DNA from: a virus | Length of the DNA stretch: 64,000 nt | Reading direction: 5' to 3' (one strand) | Virus record (IMG/VR): IMGVR_UViG_3300017782_000001 | Shown here: positions 28,600 to 36,667 of the stretch, one piece after another | Layout: each line of letters opens with the position of its first letter | How positions within the stretch are numbered: the stretch's first letter is position 1 | The notes under the pieces: generated by a model | The model's database searches: none | What the model was told of the DNA's origin: nothing | What the model saw: only the letters and a program-made list of their open reading frames with translations | Made by a program: the position numbers and the translations under genes

Positions 28600-29657
28600 T
28601 AGTCATCTCCGAACATTGCTTTGAATCTTTTAGTGTGTTTACTTGGCTTAGTTTTAGCTGTCGCATCTCCAGGTGCTGGCTTATATGCTGATGGATCATC
28701 ATCATCTTTTTTAGCACCTTTCTTAAAATGAGAATCTCTTGCCTTTTTCGTAGCTTTTGTTTTTATACCACTATAATAAGCTTTAGGCTGTGTGCCGTCT
28801 TTGTCTTTAATATCTGGATCTTGAGGTGAGCTGGTTTTTTCAAGAAGCTCAATTGCATCTAGCCATTTACGTGTTGTTTTACCTGCACTTTCAACAATAA
28901 CATAATTAGTTCCTAGAACCTTTACTTCTGCTACTTCATCAGTACTCTTTATAACTACAGTATCACCAACTTCAAAAAGCTGGCCTTTGACATATGCTTC
29001 ACGTGTTTCAGAAACTGTTTCAAGCTGTATATGATTTTCATATACGTTTTGCTCTTTAAGGCCAATACCTTTACGAACAGCATTATATACAGCCTTAGCA
29101 TCTGAGTTAGAAAGCTTCTTAGGCATATATTGAGCAAAGCTAGTAAAGTCACCTTTTTCAGCAAATCCACGAAGCTTTGTACCAGATACGCCATCAACAC
29201 CTTTAGAATCTGGATCTCTTTTACCTGCGTTTAGTACACTAATTTTTTCAAAATTATAAAAACCGTGTTTACCTTTTTTTCCATTATATTTGTTAAGAGT
29301 AATATCATACTCTCTAATACGATCAGAACCTGCAACAATTACTACACGACGAAAACCTTCATTGTAAAAAGCAGTCATTGCTTGAAATAATGTCTTAAGC
29401 TTTTTATCTAGAATGATTTGACGAGCGTGAGATGGAAATCCTTTACGAGCAAGCTTTACTTTTTGCGCAAATGGAATAGGGTTTTTATCTTTATCTTCTG
29501 TTTGAGTAAGATAAACTCTGTATGGATTATTTCCAGCCTTAGCTTTTAAGAAGTCCAGAAGCTTCTCATGACCTGCAGTTGGCGGATTCATCCGTCCCCA
29601 TACAAAATATAGAGTCTTTTCTTCTTCAACTAAAAATTGGCTAAAGCTATTAATCAT
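28599..29657 (-). CDS. HIGH-family nucleotidyltransferase (cytidyltransferase-like)
   Basis: GRMNPPTAGH, NP, GSDR, SGTKLR; MINSFSQFLVE start. Confidence 0.85.
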   Translation of the reverse strand: MINSFSQFLVEEEKTLYFVWGRMNPPTAGHEKLLDFLKAKAGNNPYRVYLTQTEDKDKNPIPFAQKVKLARKGFPSHARQIILDKKLKTLFQAMTAFYNEGFRRVVIVAGSDRIREYDITLNKYNGKKGKHGFYNFEKISVLNAGKRDPDSKGVDGVSGTKLRGFAEKGDFTSFAQYMPKKLSNSDAKAVYNAVRKGIGLKEQNVYENHIQLETVSETREAYVKGQLFEVGDTVVIKSTDEVAEVKVLGTNYVIVESAGKTTRKWLDAIELLEKTSSPQDPDIKDKDGTQPKAYYSGIKTKATKKARDSHFKKGAKKDDDDPSAYKPAPGDATAKTKPSKHTKRFKAMFGDD

Positions 29658-30025
29658 GTCCTGCGATCCGCTCTTCTCTTCGGTGCCATCATTTTTCTTG
29701 CAGATGTGCTTATGCGTCGCTGGATAGTATTGTTACCCATTCTTCTTTCCAAGCCTTTTTTACGAGCAACTGAAACGGAACTTCTACTTTTACCGCCGGA
29801 AAGTTTCTTAAAAAGGTCTGAGCGTGCTTGTCTACGAGCTCGGTTCTTAATACGACCAGAGTCAGCCCTTTTACGAGATTGTATTTTACGAGATCTTGCT
29901 AGCTTAAAACGATTTTTCTTCATAGAACGAGCTAATGACCGTCGGCCTTGAATAGACAAGCCTTTTTCAATTAGTTCTTCGTCAGTAAGCTCAATAGCTT
30001 CTATATAGCTTTCGAATGTTAACAT
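29654..30025 (-). CDS. Arg-rich putative internal virion protein
   Basis: MLTFESYIE start then very basic. Confidence 0.7.
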   Translation of the reverse strand: MLTFESYIEAIELTDEELIEKGLSIQGRRSLARSMKKNRFKLARSRKIQSRKRADSGRIKNRARRQARSDLFKKLSGGKSRSSVSVARKKGLERRMGNNTIQRRISTSARKMMAPKRRADRRT

Positions 30026-31252
30026 CTATTGCCCCGGCTTTTCCCATCCTTTTAATATATCCGGCGAAAAGTTGTTGGTAGAAAATTCCATTCTATCAAC
30101 AATCTTAACCGCATCACCACCAAGTTTGTCAATGGCCACATATCCTTCAGCGCCAGTGACTTTGAAACCTTTACGAGTCTTTACAAATGTATCAATATTG
30201 TGGACCCTTTGTAGTATATTTATAAGTTTTAGTTTTGCAAGAACGATGGTTCTTTGTAATTCAAACATCATTTCTAAATTTTTTTTGTTTTGAGAAGAGA
30301 AAAATACAAGAAGAGAATCTGCTACAGCCTTTTGAGCAGCTTTACCTTTATCGGTTTTTCTTTTATCTGCTTCTTTTTTATACTTATCTTCAATAAATTT
30401 TATTAGTGCTGCTACTCTTTTCCTAGGATCAGGTGGAATTTGTCCTTTACGAACATAGCTATTTCCGTGAGTTTCAATATTTTTTGCAAGATCTTGATTT
30501 TTTTCAAGTTGTCTTAATGTTGATCCTGAAATTTTATTGAAAAGTTTTCCTGCCTGTGACAAGTATGCACTGACTTCTTTAGTATCTGACTTTGACATAG
30601 TTGCTTTGCTTAAATCTCTAAGCATTGCATCCTGTGACCATACAGCTTTACTGGTTTTTAACTTTGAAACATCTACTCCATAAGAAGCTTTCATAGATTC
30701 AAATGTTTTGCCTTTATATGTGGTGTGCCATACGATTCCAATTTTTGCTGACTTGACTTCCTTGGCCATTTGAGTACCAGCCGGTACTGCATAAACAATC
30801 GTATTAGGGTGGAAAGTGACATATGATTTTCCGCTAATTTTTTTAGTTTTAACATCCCCTGGACCATATAAAAAGTCTCCTTGTATTACACCCTTAATTC
30901 CTAAAGAAGGTAAAAGCTTTAGTGCAATTTTAAGCTTATCAGACAAATCACCTGAAGTGTCAGCATCAACATCAGCAGCAGTCTTATAGACTTTAGGATT
31001 GACGTTGAAGATACCCTTTTTTGCGACAAAGAATTTGCCATCTCGTGGATCAACACCAGCAAAAATGGCAGGAGCGCCATCCCACTTAGTAGAGATTTTT
31101 CCAGCATGTTCTCCTCCTAGCATATCTCTTAAAGATCTTAATGCAAGAATAGCTTGACGAGTACCATTTACACCACCATAAATTACTTTGTCCTCAATAT
31201 GAGTCATGTGAGTATTTTTATTTTCTGTAATATATGATGAAAACGTGTCCAT
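30026..31252 (-). CDS. ligase-fold (KxDG) nucleotidyltransferase-like protein
   Basis: TKWDGA, QGDFL, EGYV, VKIV match ATP-dependent ligase motifs I, III, IV, V; MDTFSSYITE start. Confidence 0.6.
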   Translation of the reverse strand: MDTFSSYITENKNTHMTHIEDKVIYGGVNGTRQAILALRSLRDMLGGEHAGKISTKWDGAPAIFAGVDPRDGKFFVAKKGIFNVNPKVYKTAADVDADTSGDLSDKLKIALKLLPSLGIKGVIQGDFLYGPGDVKTKKISGKSYVTFHPNTIVYAVPAGTQMAKEVKSAKIGIVWHTTYKGKTFESMKASYGVDVSKLKTSKAVWSQDAMLRDLSKATMSKSDTKEVSAYLSQAGKLFNKISGSTLRQLEKNQDLAKNIETHGNSYVRKGQIPPDPRKRVAALIKFIEDKYKKEADKRKTDKGKAAQKAVADSLLVFFSSQNKKNLEMMFELQRTIVLAKLKLINILQRVHNIDTFVKTRKGFKVTGAEGYVAIDKLGGDAVKIVDRMEFSTNNFSPDILKGWEKPGQ

Positions 31253-32223
31253 TATATCTCTTTCGTATTTCTCGTAATTTTAGCCATTGGAAAAATACCA
31301 ATCCTAGAATTTTGTAAAATTAATGAACCATATGTACCCTTGCGCTTATTGTATCGAGCAACAAGAATTGCCTCATAAGGTCCTTTAGGAGTTTGTCCTA
31401 CTATTCCTTTATGAGTTGAAGTGATAATATATGCTCCACCTTTTTTCTTAAACTGCATTGTTCCTTGGTGAAATTCATCTACGTTATTTACATCTACGCT
31501 TTTTGATCCTGCTTTAATACCATAAACAGATTTTTGAATAAGATCGTTTGACTTAATTTTTCTATAATACGTATCTCCTGAGCCTAGGCCTCCAGGATGC
31601 TTTGCGATTACGTCTTTCATAAAGCTTTCTATTTCTTTACTTCCTTTAAGATCTGTAACACCGCCGTATTGTTGAAAGTCTTTTGCTGTTCTACCTGCTT
31701 TATGAGATATATGAGCAACCATATCGCCCTTTAGATTTACAATAGCAAAATCTGACTTTGGATCTCTACCTCCTGGGTTAGGAGTACTAATTATTCCAGC
31801 GCATTCTACGGTACGTTTACCGACCTTCAACATAATAGTTGGCTGCGCTTCTTTTGTTAAAACTTTATTGAGTGCGGTTGTTGCTAGCTTTAATGCAGCA
31901 TTTTCTGCCGCTACTCCAGATCCTTTACCTTTACCACCAAACTCTCCTGTTTTAAGAAAGTCTTTAGGATAGTTAACATATCCACCGCTTTGAACTTTAA
32001 GCTTTTTACTAAAGCCTTTTGTGTTCATTCCAGCAGCTACATCGTCATATTCAGATTTATCAATCTTTGTTTGTTTACCGTTTGCTAATGCAAAGTCTTC
32101 ACCTGTTTTTATTTTCATAACAAACAATTCACCACGCGACCTGTCTTTTGTAAGATCAGTGTGCTTAAGTACGTTAAATTGTTGCATAACCTTTTCCATT
32201 AAAAAACGTTTGAAGCTTATCAT
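31252..32223 (-). CDS. putative PD-(D/E)xK nuclease-like virion protein
   Basis: AAE...PKSDF...ISHK; MISFKRFLME start. Confidence 0.5.
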   Translation of the reverse strand: MISFKRFLMEKVMQQFNVLKHTDLTKDRSRGELFVMKIKTGEDFALANGKQTKIDKSEYDDVAAGMNTKGFSKKLKVQSGGYVNYPKDFLKTGEFGGKGKGSGVAAENAALKLATTALNKVLTKEAQPTIMLKVGKRTVECAGIISTPNPGGRDPKSDFAIVNLKGDMVAHISHKAGRTAKDFQQYGGVTDLKGSKEIESFMKDVIAKHPGGLGSGDTYYRKIKSNDLIQKSVYGIKAGSKSVDVNNVDEFHQGTMQFKKKGGAYIITSTHKGIVGQTPKGPYEAILVARYNKRKGTYGSLILQNSRIGIFPMAKITRNTKEI

Positions 32224-32250
32224 GCCACTCTCTTTTTTTTATCCTTGTTC

Positions 32251-32258
32251 TATTTATA
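32251..32258 (-). promoter_or_regulatory. T4-type late promoter
   Basis: TATAAATA directly after a terminator and ahead of the 23.7-32.2 kb block. Confidence 0.8.
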
Positions 32259-32259
32259 T

Positions 32260-32286
32260 AAAAACAAAGGGGAGCATGTGCCCCCC
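32260..32286 (-). terminator. intrinsic terminator
   Basis: GGGGGGC-ACAT-GCTCCCC then TTTGTTTTT. Confidence 0.85.
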
Positions 32287-32340
32287 TATGTCCTATAAGC
32301 CTCGCGTTGGAAAAGGAAAGGAAAATAACGCTTGCTTATA
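32260..32340 (-). ncRNA. candidate antisense sRNA targeting the conserved early leader/RBS
   Basis: TATAAGC-aa-GCGTT-[ATTTTCCTTTCCTTTTCC]-AACGC-gag-GCTTATA hairpin plus terminator; loop complementary to TGGAAAAGGAAA leaders. Confidence 0.65.
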
Positions 32341-32348
32341 TATTTGTA

Positions 32349-32669
32349 TTATCGTCTTTCGTATATAAAAGCCTTTAAGACACTAGCATTTTTAATGCCG
32401 CCGACAATATTTCCAAAGTAGTCATATGACACTTCACCTTTTGAGTTACAGAATCTGTAATGTGGATGAACCGCTTTCATTTTTTTATATGGTTTACGTC
32501 CACGAATAACAACACGATATCGTTTGTCACTTTTGCTTTGTTTCAACCAACCATTAAATCGAGAAACCATATGTCTCACCATTTCTAGATCTTTCATATC
32601 AGCGTCGCTATCACGACTAAAGGTACCTATAAAAGAATCTGTTGGATAACGTGGGGCTTGAATTCCCAT
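32349..32669 (-). CDS. hypothetical early protein
   Basis: AGGAG RBS, own promoter. Confidence 0.7.
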   Translation of the reverse strand: MGIQAPRYPTDSFIGTFSRDSDADMKDLEMVRHMVSRFNGWLKQSKSDKRYRVVIRGRKPYKKMKAVHPHYRFCNSKGEVSYDYFGNIVGGIKNASVLKAFIYERR

Positions 32670-32700
32670 TACTATAACTCCTTTTTCAATTGGTAGATCT

Positions 32701-32730
32701 ATTATACCATAGATCTACCTCATTGTAAAC
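32701..32730 (-). promoter_or_regulatory. early promoter
   Basis: GTTTACA-17-TATAAT-AGATCTA, variant leader TTGAAAAAGGAG. Confidence 0.8.
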
Positions 32731-32734
32731 CAAT

Positions 32735-33682
32735 TTATGCACTCATTGCGTATTCTACTGCTTTTTCTGCAGCTTTAACTTTACGTAGTTGGTTGAAACC
32801 AAACCACTGTGAGTGCAATCTATTTTCAGCATTTCGTCCTTGGACATGATCAGTAATAAATGTTACTGAATTAAATGCCTGCCACCAAGTGCCTTCACCA
32901 TACTCTGCACCTGGCTGAGTTTCTAAGACAGAAAGTGCTTGCTTAGCCGAGCGAGAGATTGTGTCAACATTGATTGAGTCAACTTGACCTGAAGTACGAG
33001 GAAACACTTCATTAAGAAAAGCGATATAGTTATCACTTGTCATTTTCTTCGAAGCTAAGAACTGAGCCATTTCTTTGTATTTTGCAAACTTTTCATGTGC
33101 AAGGCCTAGAGTTTGTTTTACACTTTCAGCATCAAATGCTGTGCGGTGACCAACTTTAACTGAACGATCAGCCTTTGACTCAAGTGACATAGTAAGTGTG
33201 TTGTTACATACTACACGGATAGGAGTAAAGCGAATGTCAATTGACTTGCCATATTGATGAGGATTAGAAAAAAGAAGATATGAATCAACTTTATCATCAC
33301 CAAACAAATCAAAAGACTCTTTGACTTTAGCCAAAGCCCATACCATTTGACCACCTTTAAGTGATCCAGCAGTATGCATTTCCATATCACCAGACATGCA
33401 ATATTCTGAGAAGAAATTAAATGCATCGTCATTTTGAACTGGATTCCAGTTTTCGCCAACATTAGTCAAAATTTTCTTGTTATCTTCTCTAACAAGAGAC
33501 TTTAGACCAGTAAGTGTTTTTTCACCATCAATCTCAATAAATGAGTCAAGCTCGCGAACTTTCCAATTTAGTCCAGCTTTTTCTTGCATTTGCTGAGGAG
33601 TAAGATCGTTTGATACAGGAACTCCTAGTCCATGCCACGGAACCTGACCGGCATACGCCATTGTTTCTACTTGATGTGCCAT
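32735..33682 (-). CDS. DUF932 / phage-plasmid TIGR03299-like protein
   Basis: PWHGLG, PVQN, TAGSLKGG, TPIRVVCNNTL, TWWQAFNSVT. Confidence 0.85.
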   Translation of the reverse strand: MAHQVETMAYAGQVPWHGLGVPVSNDLTPQQMQEKAGLNWKVRELDSFIEIDGEKTLTGLKSLVREDNKKILTNVGENWNPVQNDDAFNFFSEYCMSGDMEMHTAGSLKGGQMVWALAKVKESFDLFGDDKVDSYLLFSNPHQYGKSIDIRFTPIRVVCNNTLTMSLESKADRSVKVGHRTAFDAESVKQTLGLAHEKFAKYKEMAQFLASKKMTSDNYIAFLNEVFPRTSGQVDSINVDTISRSAKQALSVLETQPGAEYGEGTWWQAFNSVTFITDHVQGRNAENRLHSQWFGFNQLRKVKAAEKAVEYAMSA

Positions 33683-33716
33683 AATATATGTCTCCTTAAG
33701 ACTGTGTTTTGGAAAG

Positions 33717-33804
33717 CTTTGCAGTGACTCTTAATCTTAAAAAACTTTGCAGTGACTCTTAATCCTAACCTTTCGGCTCCAGTAAATTTTCTCCAGTAAA
33801 CTTT
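33717..33804. repeat. two direct-repeat pairs in 5' leader
   Basis: ctttgcagtgactcttaatc at 33717 and 33745; ctccagtaaa(t/c)ttt at 33777 and 33791. Confidence 0.9.
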
Positions 33805-33880
33805 TCCTTTTCCATTTTATAGATCTATTATACCATAGTTCTTTTCAATTGTACACCATTAAATGCAATTAAATGCATTT
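33803..33880 (-). promoter_or_regulatory. early promoter, class I
   Basis: GTGTACA-17-TATAAT, conserved leader, tandem TGCA boxes. Confidence 0.85.
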
Positions 33881-33892
33881 TTTTTCATTTTT

Positions 33893-34432
33893 TTACAATT
33901 TTTTTCTTAGTGATTCAAATTTTCTAATCTGTCTTTCATAAAAATTACCCATTTGTAACTTTAACTCAAAGAACCAATCATCTTTAGTGCCTTCAAAGTA
34001 ATTAATACCTTTATCGGTTTTTACCAATTGAAGTTGACCTAAGCCAAGGTTTTGAATAGAAAGATGATGCCAATCAATTGACTCTATAGGTCGATATTCA
34101 ATATTGACTATTTGAGCAGTTTCACCATCAACAGGATTAACTACATAATCAATGAATAGGTATGCTATTTCAGTATTTCTATTTTTTGATAATCTATCTA
34201 CTGAAATAAGATTAGGCATACTAAATTCACGACCAATGTCGCGGGTTTTAACGTCAACCAATACACCTTTGAACGTTACATCTTCAATAGTACGCACGCT
34301 TTTTGGTGCAATACCACCTTGTTCAATAAGTTGATTAACCACATCGTTTTCTATGATATCCGCAATAGCTCGTTGACCTGAGTTATGAGGAACATCGTAC
34401 ATTTTGTACTCAATGTTTGCTTGTATTTCCAT
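33893..34432 (-). CDS. type II restriction-endonuclease-like PD-(D/E)xK protein
   Basis: RTIED...VDVKTR...MPNLIS resembles the HincII/EcoRV-type core. Confidence 0.65.
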   Translation of the reverse strand: MEIQANIEYKMYDVPHNSGQRAIADIIENDVVNQLIEQGGIAPKSVRTIEDVTFKGVLVDVKTRDIGREFSMPNLISVDRLSKNRNTEIAYLFIDYVVNPVDGETAQIVNIEYRPIESIDWHHLSIQNLGLGQLQLVKTDKGINYFEGTKDDWFFELKLQMGNFYERQIRKFESLRKKL

Positions 34433-34459
34433 TAAATTTCCTTTTCCATAATATAAAGT

Positions 34460-34645
34460 GGGGCGGTTAGCCTGACATCTATCCTCCTCGACCGGTTGGT
34501 CCGCCCCTTGAGAAGGATAGGGTACATTCTATTTAAGATTACGGTTCCCTGAGTCGTACCAGACTTGTAAACCTCTGAGACTGTCGATCTTATTAGTGAT
34601 CTCCCTTATTCAGCCTCTCAATCTTTACCTTCGCTATGTCATAAT
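34460..34645 (-). ncRNA. candidate structured RNA with 3' H-type pseudoknot
   Basis: GC-rich non-coding leader with several stems; interleaved 11-bp and 7-bp helices. Confidence 0.5.
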
Positions 34646-34651
34646 ATTTAC

Positions 34652-34720
34652 TTCCTTTTCCATTTTATAGATCTATTATACACTATTTCTTTTGAATTGT
34701 AAAGGAAAAAGTGTATTTTT
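34652..34720 (-). promoter_or_regulatory. early promoter, class I
   Basis: CTTTACA-TATAAT, leader ATAAAATGGAAAAGGAAG. Confidence 0.8.
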
Positions 34721-34723
34721 TTT

Positions 34724-34996
34724 TTAATTAAATGCGATTAAACTTAATAAGAGACTATTTAGTGCGAATCCGATCGCATTAGATACAATGTAAAGAGTAT
34801 CTTTAGCATATATAGCTCTTATCAAGAAGAGTACTAATCCAAGCCATATTAGAAGTATGAAGTTCAATGGCGGGAGATCAGTTGAATATCCCATAATGTA
34901 TCCGATTGATGTCGGAGCCGTTGCACCGTGGATTAGAATCATTCCAACCCAACCGCAGGTTTCTGAAACATTTATTTTTTTTATTTTATTAATCAT
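34724..34996 (-). CDS. small 3-TM membrane protein (PQ-loop/SemiSWEET-like size)
   Basis: Three hydrophobic helices; behind class I promoter. Confidence 0.65.
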   Translation of the reverse strand: MINKIKKINVSETCGWVGMILIHGATAPTSIGYIMGYSTDLPPLNFILLIWLGLVLFLIRAIYAKDTLYIVSNAIGFALNSLLLSLIAFN

Positions 34997-35000
34997 AGAA

Positions 35001-35085
35001 TTTCCTTTCTTTTCCATTTTATAGTACTATTATACACCATTTCTTCTGAAAAGTAAAGGAAAAAATGCAAAAAAGTGCATTTTTA
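35001..35085 (-). promoter_or_regulatory. early promoter, class I
   Basis: CTTTAC-TATAAT, leader ATAAAATGGAAAAGAAAGGAAA, two TGCA boxes. Confidence 0.8.
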
Positions 35086-35105
35086 TATTCAACAAAAACA
35101 ATGGC

Positions 35106-35708
35106 TTAGCAAAAAAGTTCAAAAATAAATTTTTTTTGCCAGCGCCAAGTTAATCGTGGCTGAATAAATTTGTCAAAGGGGATGTTATGTTTTTTACAAA
35201 CCTTTAGTTGGATTGCTTTATCTTCTGGAGTCATTAATGAGGTGTCTGTATATGAGTCACCTACCTGTGAAACTCTTAAACCATTTCTTTCACCTAATCC
35301 CCAAACTTCATCAAAGGAAATCTTTTTTGGATCAGCGTGTGCTACGATAGTGCCATGATCGTTTAGCATTCGTGACATCATTGCAACTTGAGGTTGAGGA
35401 TCAGTATACTGAAGTGGACCGAAGTTTAGAATCCAGTCAGCTTTTCTTCTTAAAAGAAATTCAGCGTTGTGAAGGTCATCGACGATGTCTACGTTTGGAT
35501 GAGATACAAGATCAATACCAATTAAATTTGGAACGTGTTCTTTGAATACATTTCCACCACAGCCTAAGTCAACTACAAGATCAGGCTTTGTATTAGCTAT
35601 TTCTTTAGCTAAGTTTAATCCAGATAATTGTCTGTAGAGTGCTAGGTTTCTTTTTTCAAGTTCATCAGAAGATGAGTACCTTGCAATTATTTGTTCTTTT
35701 TCCACCAC
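35106..35708 (-). CDS. class I SAM methyltransferase
   Basis: VVDLGCG.N...NLIGID. Confidence 0.75.
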   Translation of the reverse strand: MVEKEQIIARYSSSDELEKRNLALYRQLSGLNLAKEIANTKPDLVVDLGCGGNVFKEHVPNLIGIDLVSHPNVDIVDDLHNAEFLLRRKADWILNFGPLQYTDPQPQVAMMSRMLNDHGTIVAHADPKKISFDEVWGLGERNGLRVSQVGDSYTDTSLMTPEDKAIQLKVCKKHNIPFDKFIQPRLTWRWQKKFIFELFC

Positions 35709-36667
35709 CAGTTCAACCTTGGTCGTACTCCATCAGAAAGTTCTGTGGAGTATAATGGGCTTTGTAATCTTCTAAATTTTTCGTTTAGACATTTAATATG
35801 AATGTCATGAAATTGTTCACTTGGTTCTTGTGGATCAATCATGTCACCTTTGTCATGATTCCTATTAATCCAACGATTCCACTCATCAACGGTAGTAGTT
35901 TTTTCGTCGTATCTTCCGATGTATGAGTTAAGTATAGGCCATGTTAGCTGCTTTAGATCTGTCCATTCTGTGATAATAGGCTGTTTCATTTCAGGTACAG
36001 AAAGATTGTAAGGACATAATTCAAGATTAGCTGCGTCTCCAAATTCTTTAATTTTTGCGCGGGTCCAAGGGTAATGAATCATACCTCTTCTATTAAACTG
36101 TTTTTCATCTGATATACGTCCTGGTCTGGCATGGCAACAAATCAATCCATCAGGTCTTAAAACTCTAGCACATTCAAAAATAAGCTCTAATATTTCATCT
36201 TCAGTACCAAAGTTAAAAGGACCAACACATCTAATACCATCGATTGTTTCACTTTTTAGAGATTGTAAATATTCTAAAACGTCCATTACAATGTCTGCAT
36301 TGTTATACCAAGGAAGCAAGTCAATACCTATCATATTATTGATATGCTCTTTCATAATGTTATTTCCACAACCTAAGTCTAATACAACATTACATTTCTT
36401 TTCATTAAAAACACTTACGCAAGCAAATCCTGATCCAGTCTTAGCGTGACTTGTTACTCTAATAACCTCAGACCAATCATTGCTAAAGTGATCCTTTAGT
36501 TTTTCAAGTCTCCATTCTCTTGTAGAGTTAGCTACATATTCAGGATCGTATCTATCACCATCACCAATTTGATCAGCTCTTTTAGAGTATCTTATTTTTT
36601 GCTTTTGTGTTAGCTCAACCGGTTTTGAAATCGGTCCGGCTCGTGTTACTTCTTCTGCCATATCCAA
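35687..36667 (-). CDS. class I SAM methyltransferase
   Basis: VLDLGCG.N...IGID, RVLRPDG. Confidence 0.8.
   Translation of the reverse strand: MDMAEEVTRAGPISKPVELTQKQKIRYSKRADQIGDGDRYDPEYVANSTREWRLEKLKDHFSNDWSEVIRVTSHAKTGSGFACVSVFNEKKCNVVLDLGCGNNIMKEHINNMIGIDLLPWYNNADIVMDVLEYLQSLKSETIDGIRCVGPFNFGTEDEILELIFECARVLRPDGLICCHARPGRISDEKQFNRRGMIHYPWTRAKIKEFGDAANLELCPYNLSVPEMKQPIITEWTDLKQLTWPILNSYIGRYDEKTTTVDEWNRWINRNHDKGDMIDPQEPSEQFHDIHIKCLNEKFRRLQSPLYSTELSDGVRPRLNWWWKKNK

Noticed and set aside
33717-33804. Mini CRISPR array
   Set aside because: Only two copies per repeat, with 8-nt or no spacer; no cas genes in the window
34460-34520. HDV-like ribozyme call (nested topology and GGCTAA before the last helix)
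   Set aside because: L3 is only 4 nt, with no P1.1 pairing and no G at the expected cleavage site; kept only as an unclassified pseudoknot
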